From positions 3,583,910 to 3,647,909 of the forward strand of contig OZ243981.1 of the NCBI GenBank assembly GCA_965214825.1: a stretch of DNA of 64,000 bases. Direction: 5' to 3'. This document shows positions 30,771 through 40,282 of the stretch, piece by piece. Position 1 is the first letter of the stretch. Each line of letters opens with the position of its first letter. This stretch comes from an uncultured Pedosphaera sp. (GTDB taxonomy: Bacteria; Verrucomicrobiota; Verrucomicrobiia; Limisphaerales; AAA164-E04). The notes under the pieces are model-generated. The model saw only the letters and a program-made list of their open reading frames with translations, was not told the origin of the DNA and made no database searches. Both the position numbers and the translations under genes were made by a program.

Positions 30771-32906
30771 ATGAAGGCGAAACCATTGACGGCGGCGGAG
30801 GTGACGGATTTGATTGCCGGGTTGCATCGGGTAGCAAGGAATCTTTGGTGGACTTGGAATCAGGAGGCGCAGGATGTGTTTCAGGAGCTGTCGCCCAGGA
30901 GTTGGCGGAATCTTTATCACAATGCGGTGGCGGTGTTGCACGAGATTTCGGATTATGAGCTGCGCGTGCGCTTGCAGGAGCCGGGGTTCGCGGCGCGGGT
31001 GCGGGAGGTAATCGCCCGATTTACGAGTTATATGGAGGAGGGGAAGACTTGGGGTGCGGAGCATATGGCGCATTTGCGGGCGCGGCCGGTGGCTTATTTT
31101 TCAGCTGAGTTCGGGTTCCATGAGACGCTGCCGATTGCCGCGGGCGGGCTGGGAATTCTGGCGGGGGATCACGCGAAGTCGGCCAGCGATTTGGGTTTGG
31201 GTTTTGTGGGTATTAGCTTGTTTTATCGCGAGGGTTATTTCATGCAGGCGATTAATCAGGAGAGTTGGCAAACGGAGTATTACACTTTGTTGAATCCCAA
31301 GAATTTGCCGATTGAGCCGGTGCTCAATGCCAAGGGGGAGCCTGTAGTGGGCTCGGTTCGGATTGCGACTGGCCGGGTTTATTTCAAGGCGTGGAGGGTC
31401 AATGTCGGGCGGATTCCGGTTTATCTGCTGGACGCCAACCTTCCCGAGAATGAGGATCATTACCGGGATTTGACTTTGCGGGTTTATGGCGGCGATTCTT
31501 CGACGCGCATTATGCAGGAGATTTTGCTGGGCGTCGGCGGGGTGCGGTTGATCCGCCAGTTGGGGATTTCGCCGTCCGTTTTCCATATGAACGAGGGCCA
31601 TGCGGCTTTTTTGTCTCTGGAGTTGACGCGGGAGAAAATCGCCGCTGGGCAGTCGTTTGAAGAAGCCCTCACTGCCACGCGGAGGGAATGTATTTTTACA
31701 ACGCATACGCCGGTGGAGGCCGGGCATGATCGTTTCAGCAGCGACTTGGTCGCATTTGCCGGGCATAAATTCGCCAAGCAGTTGAACATCGGCCACGAGC
31801 GATTGATGGATTTGGGGCGGGTGAGGGCGGGGGACGAGCAGGAGCCTTTTTGCATGACGGCTTTGGCACTGCGCTTGTCTCGGTCGGCAAACGGCGTCAG
31901 CGAGCTGCACGGGCAGGTTAGCCGGGAGATATGGCAGTGTCTTTACCCCGGCAAAGCGGTGGACGAGGTGCCGATCGGCCATGTAACCAACGGCGTTCAT
32001 CTCCTGGGCTGGATGAAGGGGCCGGTGCGCTCTTTCTGGAAGGGGCGTTTGGGCGAAGGCTGGACAGTGGCAGTGCACTCCTCTGAGTTTTGGGAGCGGA
32101 TGCTGGACCAAGATTTCATCTCTGATGAAGAGATATGGGCTTTGCGTTACCGTTTGCGCCGGGAGTTGCTGGAGTTCACCCGCCGCCGTCTCTTGCTGCA
32201 GGGGCACAGTTTGACGGCGGGGGATTATATTGCCTTCGACCATTTGTTGAATCCCGATGCCTTGACGATCGGGTTTGCCCGCCGGTTTGCGACCTATAAA
32301 CGCGCGCCCCTGGTCTTTCAAAATCTGGAGCGAGTGGTGGCGTTGGCGAAAGACAAAGAACGCCCGGTGCAATTCCTCTTCGCCGGCAAAGCGCATCCGC
32401 GGGACGATGAAGGCAAGAAGTTCATCCAACGCATCATTCACCTGAGCCACTTCAGCGAATTAACGGGGCACCTCGTCTTCATCGAAAATTACGATGTCCA
32501 CGTGGCGCGGCAGATGGTCTCCGGCTGCGATGTTTGGTTGAACAACCCGCGCCGGCCGCTCGAAGCCTCCGGCACCAGCGGCCAAAAAACCGCGCTTCAC
32601 GGATGCCTTAACCTCAGCATCCTGGACGGCTGGTGGCGGGAAGGATTCGACGGCACCAATGGCTTTGCCATCGGCGAGGACTCGCACCCCGATTCCATCG
32701 AAAAACAAGACCACGTGGACGGGGAAAATCTCTTCAAAACGCTGGCGGAAGAGATTGTCCCCTGCTTCTTCAACCGCGACGGCGGCGGAATTCCCCGGCA
32801 ATGGATACAAAAAATTCGCCGCGCCATGGCCACCCTCTCCGTCCAATACAGCACTTGGAGGATGGTGCAGGACTACGCCAACAAATACTACGCCAACAAG
32901 GATTGA
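30771..32906 (+). CDS. glgP: alpha-glucan (glycogen/maltodextrin) phosphorylase, GT35
   Basis: ATG 30771. [63 protein letters not shown] (pyridoxal-phosphate Lys region). Confidence 0.9.
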   Translation: MKAKPLTAAEVTDLIAGLHRVARNLWWTWNQEAQDVFQELSPRSWRNLYHNAVAVLHEISDYELRVRLQEPGFAARVREVIARFTSYMEEGKTWGAEHMAHLRARPVAYFSAEFGFHETLPIAAGGLGILAGDHAKSASDLGLGFVGISLFYREGYFMQAINQESWQTEYYTLLNPKNLPIEPVLNAKGEPVVGSVRIATGRVYFKAWRVNVGRIPVYLLDANLPENEDHYRDLTLRVYGGDSSTRIMQEILLGVGGVRLIRQLGISPSVFHMNEGHAAFLSLELTREKIAAGQSFEEALTATRRECIFTTHTPVEAGHDRFSSDLVAFAGHKFAKQLNIGHERLMDLGRVRAGDEQEPFCMTALALRLSRSANGVSELHGQVSREIWQCLYPGKAVDEVPIGHVTNGVHLLGWMKGPVRSFWKGRLGEGWTVAVHSSEFWERMLDQDFISDEEIWALRYRLRRELLEFTRRRLLLQGHSLTAGDYIAFDHLLNPDALTIGFARRFATYKRAPLVFQNLERVVALAKDKERPVQFLFAGKAHPRDDEGKKFIQRIIHLSHFSELTGHLVFIENYDVHVARQMVSGCDVWLNNPRRPLEASGTSGQKTALHGCLNLSILDGWWREGFDGTNGFAIGEDSHPDSIEKQDHVDGENLFKTLAEEIVPCFFNRDGGGIPRQWIQKIRRAMATLSVQYSTWRMVQDYANKYYANKD

Positions 32907-32907
32907 A

Positions 32908-34101
32908 ATGGCCGCCGCCGGCAAACCCAGCGGGCATTCAGGTCGAGCCAACATCCACTCCACGCACCGCCAGGAACTGGACGATTGGCTGCTGCGCAAA
33001 GGCCAGCCCCGCTACCGAGGAGAGCAAATCCTCCGCTGGCTCTACGCCCGGCGGGCGAGTTCCTGGGAGCAGATGAGCGACTTGCCCGAATCGTTGCGGG
33101 CCGCACTGGCGGAACACTTCGACGCCGGCCTGCCGGAGTTGGCACAGCGGCAAAGCTCTGGCGATGCCACTCAAAAATATCTGTGGCGCTTGTTCGATGG
33201 CGCCTTGATCGAAAGTGTTTTGATTCCCGCCAGCCCGGGGCAGACGGGAACCGCCGCCGACCGAAAAACCCTTTGCGTCTCCACCCAAGTCGGCTGCCCT
33301 TACGGCTGCGTCTTCTGTGCCAGCGGGCTGGACGGCTGGAAACGAAACCTCGCGCCTGATGAAATTGTTGGCCAAGTTCTCGCTGCAGAAAATCAGGCGC
33401 AGAAAGAAATCGCCGGCCTGGTCGCATCGGGCCGGCAACCCGGCCCTGGCCCCAAATCCGCCCCCCGTCAAATCGACAACCTGGTCTTCATGGGAATGGG
33501 CGAACCGCTGGCCAACTACGACCATCTGATAAAAGCCCTCAGCATCTTGAACGCAGATTGGGGCAGCGGCATCGGCGCCAGACGCATCACCATCTCCACC
33601 AGCGGTTTGGCGCCCCAAATCCGGCGGCTCGCCGACGAACCGCCCCAATATCGCCTCGCTGTTTCGCTGCATGGCCCCACCGACGAAGTTCGCCAGAAAA
33701 TCATGCCCGTGAACCGGCGCTACCCCCTGGCAGCGTTGACAGAAGCCTGCGAATACTATTCCCGCAAACGCGGCAAAAAAATCACCCTCGAATACATCCT
33801 GATCGCCGGCATCAACGACCGCGCGGCATTGGCCGAGCCTTTGAGCCAACTCGCCCGGCGCTTGCGGGCAAAAGTGAACCTGATCCCCTACAACCACGTG
33901 GAAGGGCTGGAATGGCGCCGTCCCTCCGTCGAACAACAAGAGCGCTTCTTCCAAGCTCTCCGCCATCGCGGCGTCGCCGCCACATTGCGGCGGGAGAAGG
34001 GGCACGACATTAACGCCGCCTGCGGACAACTGCGCCTGCAAGCCGAACGGCAGCTTCGCGAGCAAACGCGCCAGAACCCCCAGCAAGCAAAGCCAAGTTG
34101 A
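32908..34101 (+). CDS. rlmN: 23S rRNA/tRNA adenine-C2 methyltransferase, radical SAM
   Basis: ATG 32908, one base after the glgP stop. RYRGEQILRWLY, radical SAM cluster CVSTQVGCPYGCVFCASG, MGMGEPLAN, C-terminal GHDINAACGQL. Confidence 0.9.
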   Translation: MAAAGKPSGHSGRANIHSTHRQELDDWLLRKGQPRYRGEQILRWLYARRASSWEQMSDLPESLRAALAEHFDAGLPELAQRQSSGDATQKYLWRLFDGALIESVLIPASPGQTGTAADRKTLCVSTQVGCPYGCVFCASGLDGWKRNLAPDEIVGQVLAAENQAQKEIAGLVASGRQPGPGPKSAPRQIDNLVFMGMGEPLANYDHLIKALSILNADWGSGIGARRITISTSGLAPQIRRLADEPPQYRLAVSLHGPTDEVRQKIMPVNRRYPLAALTEACEYYSRKRGKKITLEYILIAGINDRAALAEPLSQLARRLRAKVNLIPYNHVEGLEWRRPSVEQQERFFQALRHRGVAATLRREKGHDINAACGQLRLQAERQLREQTRQNPQQAKPS

Positions 34102-34132
34102 ATTTGCCGCCAGCCTTGCCTAGCCTTTCGTC

Positions 34133-34840
34133 GTGCTGCCCCAAAAACTGAAAGCCTATCTTGCCGCCTCGCCGGGCGTGGCGCGAATTGCGCCCTTTGC
34201 GGTCTTTCTTCTTTTGACGGCGGGACAGGGGAAGTTCGAGCCGGAATCGGCCTATTGGTTTTACTTGGCGAAGACGGTTATCGGCGCCTGGATGGTGTTG
34301 GCGGTGTGGCCGCTGATTGGCGAACTTCGCTGGGCGTTCAGTTGGGAAGCGGCGGTTGTGGGAGTGGGCGTGTTTGCGATGTGGGTGGGTTTGGATGGGC
34401 TGTATCCGGGGTTGGAAACGCTGGGGAACCGCTTGCTCGGCAGGGAGAGCGCGGCGGCGCCAGCGTGGAATCCGCATTCGGCTTTCGGCGAGGGAGGGGC
34501 TTTGGCGTGGTTTTTCATTGGAGTCCGCATTTTGGGCTCTTCGTTGGTGGTGCCGCCGTTGGAGGAGGTTGTGTTTCGCTCCACGATTTACCGCTATGTG
34601 ATTGCTTCCGATTTCACCAAAGTGTCGCTGAAGCAGTTTCACTGGGGGGCGTTGTTGCTGACTTCTCTCCTCTTCGGCTTTCAGCATGACGAGTGGCTGG
34701 CGGGGATTCTTTGCGGGGCGGCTTATCAGTGGCTGGTGCTTCGGAAGGGGCGTTTGGGCGATGCGATGGTGGCCCATGCGGTAACGAATTTTTTGTTGGC
34801 CTGTTGGGTGGTGTTTCGGGGGGCCTGGCAGTTTTGGTAG
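34133..34840 (+). CDS. CPBP-family intramembrane glutamic endopeptidase (CAAX protease-like)
   Basis: Multi-TM protein. EEVVFRS (EExxxR), FGFQHDEW, AHAVTNF motifs. Confidence 0.75.
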   Translation: MLPQKLKAYLAASPGVARIAPFAVFLLLTAGQGKFEPESAYWFYLAKTVIGAWMVLAVWPLIGELRWAFSWEAAVVGVGVFAMWVGLDGLYPGLETLGNRLLGRESAAAPAWNPHSAFGEGGALAWFFIGVRILGSSLVVPPLEEVVFRSTIYRYVIASDFTKVSLKQFHWGALLLTSLLFGFQHDEWLAGILCGAAYQWLVLRKGRLGDAMVAHAVTNFLLACWVVFRGAWQFW

Positions 34841-34864
34841 AATGCGGTTTGGCGAAGCCTGCGG

Positions 34865-36208
34865 ATGCGGGAGAGGCGGCATATGGACGGCGAGTCGTGT
34901 CCTTTAATTCTGCACGAGAACGCTGTTTGTTTTCTGGTTGAAAGGCCGGCAGTTTGCCCGCTGGTTTCGCAAACGCCATTTGCCAGCGAAGGTTTTTTGG
35001 CGTGGTTTCTCCGGCGGTTTTCTCCCGATTCCGATGTGGCGGCTTGCCGGAGCGTCTTATTGGCCGGGCGGGAGTTGATTTTGATTCCGAAAGGGCAAAG
35101 GCGCAATGCCGCTTCTTTCCCGCCGCTGCAGTGCGAGCCGGAGCATTCTGCAAGGGCGGGCGGCGCTTTGCCCGGCGGCTGGCGTGTGACGCATCCACAG
35201 CTCGAATCGGCTGTTTTTGTGAACGCGGGTCTTTTGCCCGATGAGAAGCATTGTCCGCAGTGGCTGGACTCTGCGGAAACCAATGCTTATCGCTGCGGCC
35301 GTTTCGCATTGGATGCCGGCGTGGTTTGTTCCGTCGACAGGCTGGGAGATTATTTCCTGGGCCAGTTTGAAGAACCACCGGGGGAGGCGGCGTTGGCGCA
35401 GTTGACGAATTTCTTCCAAAAGGCGGGGGGAAAGGGTTGTTATTGGCGGGTTTTGAGTCGGGAAGCACCCGGCAGCGCGACATCTGCTCTCTGTCCCCGC
35501 CTGTTGGCCGGGCCGCAAGTGGGAGCGGATTGCCGGATACGGGAATCGGGAGTGGTATATCGAGTGGACTTCTTCGTCGGGCATTCGTTCGGGTTGTTTT
35601 TGGATCAGCGCGAAAATCGGTTCCGCTTCCTGCAAAACCTCGTCTCGCCGGGGTTTCCCGTGTTTCTGGCAGCAGGCCGCAAGCCGCCTCTCGTGCTCAA
35701 CGCCTTTGCCTACACCTGCGGCTTTTCCGTTTGCGCGGGGCTGGCCGGCGCCAAAGTGTCGAGCGTGGACTTGTCGCGGAAGCATCTGCACTGGGGCGAG
35801 CGAAACTTCGCGCTGAACCGCTTGAACCCCACAGAACACGAATTCCTGGCCGGAGATGTTTTCGGCTGGATCAAACGGTTCCAAAGGCGCGGGCGGCAAT
35901 TTGACGCGATTGTGCTGGACCCGCCGACCTTTTCCCGATCCAAGGAAGGCGGCGTTTTCAAAGTCGAGCAGGACTTGCCAAGACTGGCAAAAATGGCCGC
36001 CAGTCTCTTGACTGCCGGCGGGCGGCTGCTGGTTTCCAGCAACAAAACGTCCTGGCCGCCCGGCCGCTTCACTCGCTCGATTGAAACCGCCATTCAGCGA
36101 GCCGGACGCAAAATCGGCAAACGCTGCTTCGCCACGCAACCGTGGGATTTCGGCCTGACAACCGGCGAAAGCGCCGGGATGAAAAGCTGGTGGTTCGAGA
36201 TTTGGTGA
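34865..36208 (+). CDS. class I SAM-dependent (RlmI/RlmK-like) methyltransferase
   Basis: C-terminal MTase domain LNAFAYTCGFSVCAGLAGA..VSSVDLS, FDAIVLDPPTFSRSK. The N-terminal ~200 aa are poorly conserved and the start is uncertain. Confidence 0.7.
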   Translation: MRERRHMDGESCPLILHENAVCFLVERPAVCPLVSQTPFASEGFLAWFLRRFSPDSDVAACRSVLLAGRELILIPKGQRRNAASFPPLQCEPEHSARAGGALPGGWRVTHPQLESAVFVNAGLLPDEKHCPQWLDSAETNAYRCGRFALDAGVVCSVDRLGDYFLGQFEEPPGEAALAQLTNFFQKAGGKGCYWRVLSREAPGSATSALCPRLLAGPQVGADCRIRESGVVYRVDFFVGHSFGLFLDQRENRFRFLQNLVSPGFPVFLAAGRKPPLVLNAFAYTCGFSVCAGLAGAKVSSVDLSRKHLHWGERNFALNRLNPTEHEFLAGDVFGWIKRFQRRGRQFDAIVLDPPTFSRSKEGGVFKVEQDLPRLAKMAASLLTAGGRLLVSSNKTSWPPGRFTRSIETAIQRAGRKIGKRCFATQPWDFGLTTGESAGMKSWWFEIW

Positions 36209-36371
36209 AACTTCAGCGGCGGCAAATGGAACGGCAAGAAGCGCAAAAACACAGGCTTGGCAACGCTCGCATCGCACTTGACTACTCTTTTGCTCTTTGC
36301 CCGAGGAAAAACAAACTGCAACAAGTATTTGTGGGCTTAAGAAGATTTTGGGTGCTTGATACAGTGCGCGG

Positions 36372-37263
36372 ATGAACTTAATCAAAGTCTTTGAGCATTT
36401 CCCCGACCAGCAAGCCTGCTTCGACTACTTGGAGACCGTCCGATGGCACGGCAAACCCCAGTGCCCCCTCTGCAACAGCCCTGATGTCGCCAAAAAGAAG
36501 GACAAAAACCGCATTGGCCGGTGGAATTGCCATGCTTACAAGAGCAGTTTCAACGTCCTTTCCGGCACCATCTTCCAGAAAACCAAAATCCCCCTCCAAA
36601 AATGGTTCTTGGCCATTGCCCTCATCCTCAACACCAAGAAAAGCCTTTCCAGCTGGCAACTCTCCCGCGATTTGGAGATGACCCAGCCCTCGGCGTGGTA
36701 TCTGCAAGTGCGTGTGCGCCTAGCCATGGGGCAGATGCGCAGCAAGAAACTCTTGCGGGGGATTGTCGAGGCCGACGAAACCTTCATCGGAGGGCGCCCC
36801 CGCAAACCGAACAAACATTTCGCAAATCGTCCACCCAGAGACAGATATTCCGACAAAACACTGGTGATTGGCGCGGTGGAACGTGGGGGCCAAGTCAGAG
36901 CCCAAGTCAAACACCCGCCCGGGACGCCTTTGCGCACCAACATTCGGCACCTGATGGCCACTTGGCTGCACAAAAAACGGACTCGCCTGATGACGGATGA
37001 AGCTAGGGAGTTCCACAACATTGACGCCATTGGCGTGGAACACAAAGTCGTGCGCCATGCCGTTCGCTACGCGCTGGGGGATGTCCCCACCAACACGATT
37101 GAAGGCTTTTGGTCTTTGCTCAAACGCGCTTGGTATGGCAGCCACCACCATTATTTCTAAAGAAGACATGCAGCTCTACCTCTCCGAAGCCACTTGGAAA
37201 TACAATTACCGTAACAACCCCAACGCCTTCAGCACCTTCATCACCGGCTGCTTTGCCGGTTGA
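36372..37263 (+). pseudogene. IS1595-family (ISXO2-like DDE) transposase, frameshifted
   Basis: N-terminal zinc ribbon (CPLCNSPD...WNCHAYKSSFNVLSGTIFQKTKIPLQKWFLAIALI), VEADETFIGG, EGFWSLLKR. Frame 1 stops at 37158-37160. The +1 frame continues ISKEDMQLYLSEATWKYNYRNN...CFAG* to 37263. One extra base in or near the CCACCACCA run (37142-37150) would explain it. Confidence 0.8.
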
Positions 37264-37323
37264 CCGCCGACTCCCAAATCCAATCCGCTGCTAAATCTCC
37301 CTTGTCGGAGGGAGAAATGTGGG

Positions 37324-37358
37324 GCAGACATGACGTCTGTCTGCAGGCGGCAAGCCTG
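37324..37358. repeat. two-hairpin module, copy 2 (IS 3' region)
   Basis: GCAGACA-tgacgtc-TGTCTGC then CAGGC-ggcaa-GCCTG. Confidence 0.65.
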
Positions 37359-37425
37359 TGCCGCATGTGCCACGAGCTGAACCGAACAACAAAAAACCTT
37401 TGAAAACGCCAAACAACTTGTTAGT

Positions 37426-38883
37426 ATGAAAAAAAGACCAGCCCACCAGCCAAGTACTCCTGGGCACAAATCGCCGAAACGGAAGAGCCGTGCACGGGAT
37501 AGTGAATATCACCTCAACCCCTATCCTGCCTACAAGCCCTCCGGCGTCAAATGGCTCGGCGACGTGCCAGCGCATTGGGATGTCCGTCGGCTGAAGACAT
37601 TGGCAGCCAACATAGTTGACCAAACGACGCAACGCCACGAACATGAAATCGCTCTCGCCCTTGAGAATGTCGAAAGTTGGTCAGGCCGATACGTTGATGC
37701 GGGTCCGGGCATGACTTTCGAAAGTCAACTGAAACGGTTTCAGACCGGCGATGTGTTATTCGGCAAGTTGCGGCCTTACTTGGCGAAAGTGGCCTGTCCA
37801 GGCAAACCGGGCGTATGCGTCGGGGAGTTTCTGGTGTTGCGGCCGCGGGACGGGAACATGTCACCGGGATACCTTCAGCAAGTAATTTGTTCCAAGCCGG
37901 TGATAGAGGTGGTAAACGCATCGACTTTCGGCGCCAAGATGCCCCGCGCAGAATGGCAGTTCATCGGCAACATGGAACAACCCGTCCCAACCCTCTCCGA
38001 ACAAACCACCATCGTCGAGTATCTGGACAAGGCCACCGACGACATCGAAGCTGCCATTGCCCGCGCTCGCCGTCAGGTCGAATTGCTGCAGGAATACCGC
38101 ACGCGCTTGATTGCTGATGTCGTCACGGGTCGGATAGATGTAAGAACCGGCCAACCCTATCCCGCCTACAAGCACTCCGGCATCGAATGGCTCGGCGCCG
38201 TGCCAGCGCATTGGGATGTCCGGCGGCTGGCTTCATGTATTGACCAAATACAGAGCGGCGCTCGTGAACAAAGTGAGGTAGGTTTTAATAATGGTGTGCC
38301 GAACTTGGGCGGCGAACATATTGGAGCGGATAACCAACTCCTTCTGAGAGATATGCGATATGTGTCCTGTCAATTTTTCGAGAACCTTCGCAAAGGAGTA
38401 GTACAGCAGGACGACATTCTGCTCGTTAAAGATGGGGCCACAATTGGGAAAGTCGCATTTGTACGCGAGATGCCTTACGAGAAATGTTCGATAAATGAGC
38501 ATGTTTATATCATCCGGCCAACTCACAACATCCTGTCGCCACTTCTGTTTTACAACATCCGCAGCTCTGGCATTCAAGATGGTCTATGGCAAGAAGTTAC
38601 GGGATCTGCTCAACCTGGATTGAACTCCTCGTTTACCAAATCTCTTTCAGTGGCCCTTCCACCCCTCTCCGAACAAACCGCCATCGTCGAGTATCTTGAC
38701 AAGGCCACCGCCGAGATCGCCGCCGCCATCACCCGCGCTCGCCGTCAGGTCGAATTGCTGCAGGAATACCGCACCCGCCTCGTCGCCGATGTCGTCACGG
38801 GCAAGCTCGCCGTACGCGAGGCGCCGGCGCAGTTCCCGGGGGAGACCGGGGTGCTGAAGCACTCGATGAGATGGACATACTGA
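37426..38883 (+). CDS. hsdS: type I restriction-modification specificity subunit
   Basis: Two target-recognition domains (TRDs) separated by duplicated conserved regions (PYPAYK.SG..WLG.VPAHWDVRRL twice; LSEQT.IVEYLDKAT..I.AAI.RARRQVELLQEYRTRL.ADVVTG twice). No hsdM or hsdR anywhere in the window. Confidence 0.9.
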   Translation: MKKRPAHQPSTPGHKSPKRKSRARDSEYHLNPYPAYKPSGVKWLGDVPAHWDVRRLKTLAANIVDQTTQRHEHEIALALENVESWSGRYVDAGPGMTFESQLKRFQTGDVLFGKLRPYLAKVACPGKPGVCVGEFLVLRPRDGNMSPGYLQQVICSKPVIEVVNASTFGAKMPRAEWQFIGNMEQPVPTLSEQTTIVEYLDKATDDIEAAIARARRQVELLQEYRTRLIADVVTGRIDVRTGQPYPAYKHSGIEWLGAVPAHWDVRRLASCIDQIQSGAREQSEVGFNNGVPNLGGEHIGADNQLLLRDMRYVSCQFFENLRKGVVQQDDILLVKDGATIGKVAFVREMPYEKCSINEHVYIIRPTHNILSPLLFYNIRSSGIQDGLWQEVTGSAQPGLNSSFTKSLSVALPPLSEQTAIVEYLDKATAEIAAAITRARRQVELLQEYRTRLVADVVTGKLAVREAPAQFPGETGVLKHSMRWTY

Positions 38884-38950
38884 ACAATGCTGAAGAGGGA
38901 ACCGAGGCGATGGAAGATTGATCATGGCCGACCCTGTCAAGCCAAAAACA

Positions 38951-39120
38951 CGCAATAAACGTTTGTTGCTGCTTTGCCGGTTGACCGCCGCCCGCCTTGA
39001 CAAAAAAGAAAAATCAGCGGTAAATTTACCTCGTCAGGAGAGAAATGTGGGGCAGACATCCTGTCTGCGTGCAGGCGGCAAGCCTACGCCACCTGTGTCC
39101 CGATCTGAACTGAAAACCAA
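38951..39120 (+). repeat. IS-derived deletion derivative (left TIR joined to IS 3' region), truncated
   Basis: cgcaataaacgtttgttg (TIR-like) is joined to gctgctttgccggttgaccgcc, the last 20 nt of the transposase gene. It then parallels 37247-37395, including the hairpin module. Homology ends where the endonuclease-like fragment begins. Confidence 0.6.
39052..39085. repeat. two-hairpin module, copy 3
   Basis: GCAGACA-tcc-TGTCTGC then GCAGGC-ggcaa-GCCT. Confidence 0.65.
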
Positions 39121-39123
39121 AAG

Positions 39124-39447
39124 TTGGAAGACATGATAATCGAAGTGAAAAGCGGCAAGAATGTGAAAGCTAATGACGTCCGTGCCCTGCGCGGCGTGCG
39201 CGACGGAGAAGCCGAGATGGCCAGTACTATCCTGCTAGAAAAAATCAGCAAACAAACCCACCGCAACTGGGAATCTAACATGGCAAAAGCCGGCTTTCAC
39301 GAAGTTCTCGGAATGCAATATCCCCGCTGCCAAATCCTCACGGTGGAAGAAATCCTGAAAGGCAAACGGTTTCAGACACCTTCCGTCGCTGGGCGCGGCC
39401 TAGTGGACCCTGTTCTCCCTGGCATTTCCAGCGACATCAGCCATTGA
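39124..39447 (+). pseudogene. C-terminal fragment of a restriction-endonuclease-like (Mrr_cat-type) domain protein, copy 1
   Basis: IIEVKSGKNVKANDVRALRGV...GFHEVLGMQYPRCQILTVEEILKGKRFQTP resembles the C-terminal endonuclease-like module of methyltransferase fusions (from memory). It starts at the ExK motif with a stop 5 codons upstream, so the catalytic Asp region is missing. Confidence 0.5.
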
Positions 39448-39503
39448 GAAGCCGAAAGACAATATGATTGAACTTATCGCGCTGCCCGCCGCATCCATAA
39501 CCA

Positions 39504-39566
39504 TTAAGTCCGCATTGCTCTTTTCACTGTACTGTCACTGCCCGGCTCGAACACCACAACTTGCTT
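39504..39566 (-). pseudogene. remnant 3' end of a second macro-domain gene
   Basis: The minus strand reads KQVVVFEPGSDSTVKRAMRT*, parallel to the end of the neighbouring macro ORF (KAVVFEPGGGSTAQSIN*). Shared DNA core ggytcgaacaccacarctt. Confidence 0.35.
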
Positions 39567-39578
39567 ATCACTATAAAT

Positions 39579-39893
39579 ATGTACTCTGATCTTCTAAATT
39601 TTGATTTCCGTTGGATTGAAGATGTTCCGTTGATCTACTATTTAGTTGCCTTCCTTATCTTGGCGGTTGTTTTAATCTGTTTCCCCTCCATTATTTCTTG
39701 GATAGGGAAAGCGATACTATGCATTGCGAAAGGCATCGCTTGGACGATTGGAGCAATCGTTGAAACGACCATTAAAGCGGTTGGGTATCTGAAATTTCTT
39801 ATGTTTTTATTAGGCACTGCTTACAGGCTTTGGCAAAGCGTCCTTTTCTTATTGGATGCTTGGGAGAATGGCAAATGGCCTTTCGGTAATTAG
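39579..39893 (+). CDS. small AT-rich membrane protein (104 aa)
   Basis: MYSDLLNFDFRWIEDVPLIYYLVAFLILAVVLICF... has 2-3 hydrophobic helices. Markedly AT-rich compared with its surroundings. The stop overlaps the convergent macro ORF stop. Confidence 0.45.
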   Translation: MYSDLLNFDFRWIEDVPLIYYLVAFLILAVVLICFPSIISWIGKAILCIAKGIAWTIGAIVETTIKAVGYLKFLMFLLGTAYRLWQSVLFLLDAWENGKWPFGN

Positions 39894-40252
39894 TTTATGC
39901 TTTGCGCTGTGCTGCCACCGCCTGGTTCGAACACCACAGCTTTCCAGTCAGTCAACTCCCGCAGATTTCTTTCGATACGGCAGCGCACATCAGGCCATGC
40001 CAAGCCGCCCAAGCCACAACCCAGTGCGGGCAGCGCGATCGACCGGACATTGCGCGACCGAATTTCCTTTACCAAAGCGGCGAGACCGGTTTCGATGTCT
40101 TCCATCCGGCTTTTGTCGCGCCAATGGCGTTTGGTTGGGAAGTTGATAATATATCGCGGGTTAGATAATCGTTTCGTTTCGAAGACGAACATCTTGCCCG
40201 GCTGCACATCGTTGAGTCGACATTCGAGGCGGATGGCAGCGGGGACGAGCGG
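39890..40252 (-). pseudogene. macro-domain (Macro_2/DarG-like) gene, 5'-truncated
   Basis: YIINFPTKRHWRDKSRMEDIETGLAALVKEIRSRNVRSIALPALGCGLGGLAWPDV is the macro-domain core. The frame is open only back to a stop at 40253-40255, so the N-terminal ~50 aa of the fold are missing. Confidence 0.6.
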
Positions 40253-40282
40253 TTATGGTTTCACAATCCAAAGACAGACAGG

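Larger units (their letters stand above)
36317..37425 (+). mobile_element. IS1595-family insertion sequence (right end degenerate)
   Basis: Left end tgcaacaagtatttgtgggcttaa matches the MITE TIR. Contains the transposase. A degenerate TIR-like match (reverse complement of 37405-37425) abuts the hsdS ATG. No matching 8-bp TSD (aaacaaac on the left, atgaaaaa on the right). Confidence 0.65.

Noticed and set aside
37426-38883. Complete type I restriction-modification operon.
   Set aside because: No ORF with HsdM (N6-adenine methyltransferase NPPF/Y) or HsdR (SF2 helicase plus nuclease) motifs lies near hsdS or elsewhere in the window.
39890-40252. Complete DarTG toxin-antitoxin system.
   Set aside because: No DarT (DUF4433) ORF is present on either side, and the macro gene itself is 5'-truncated.
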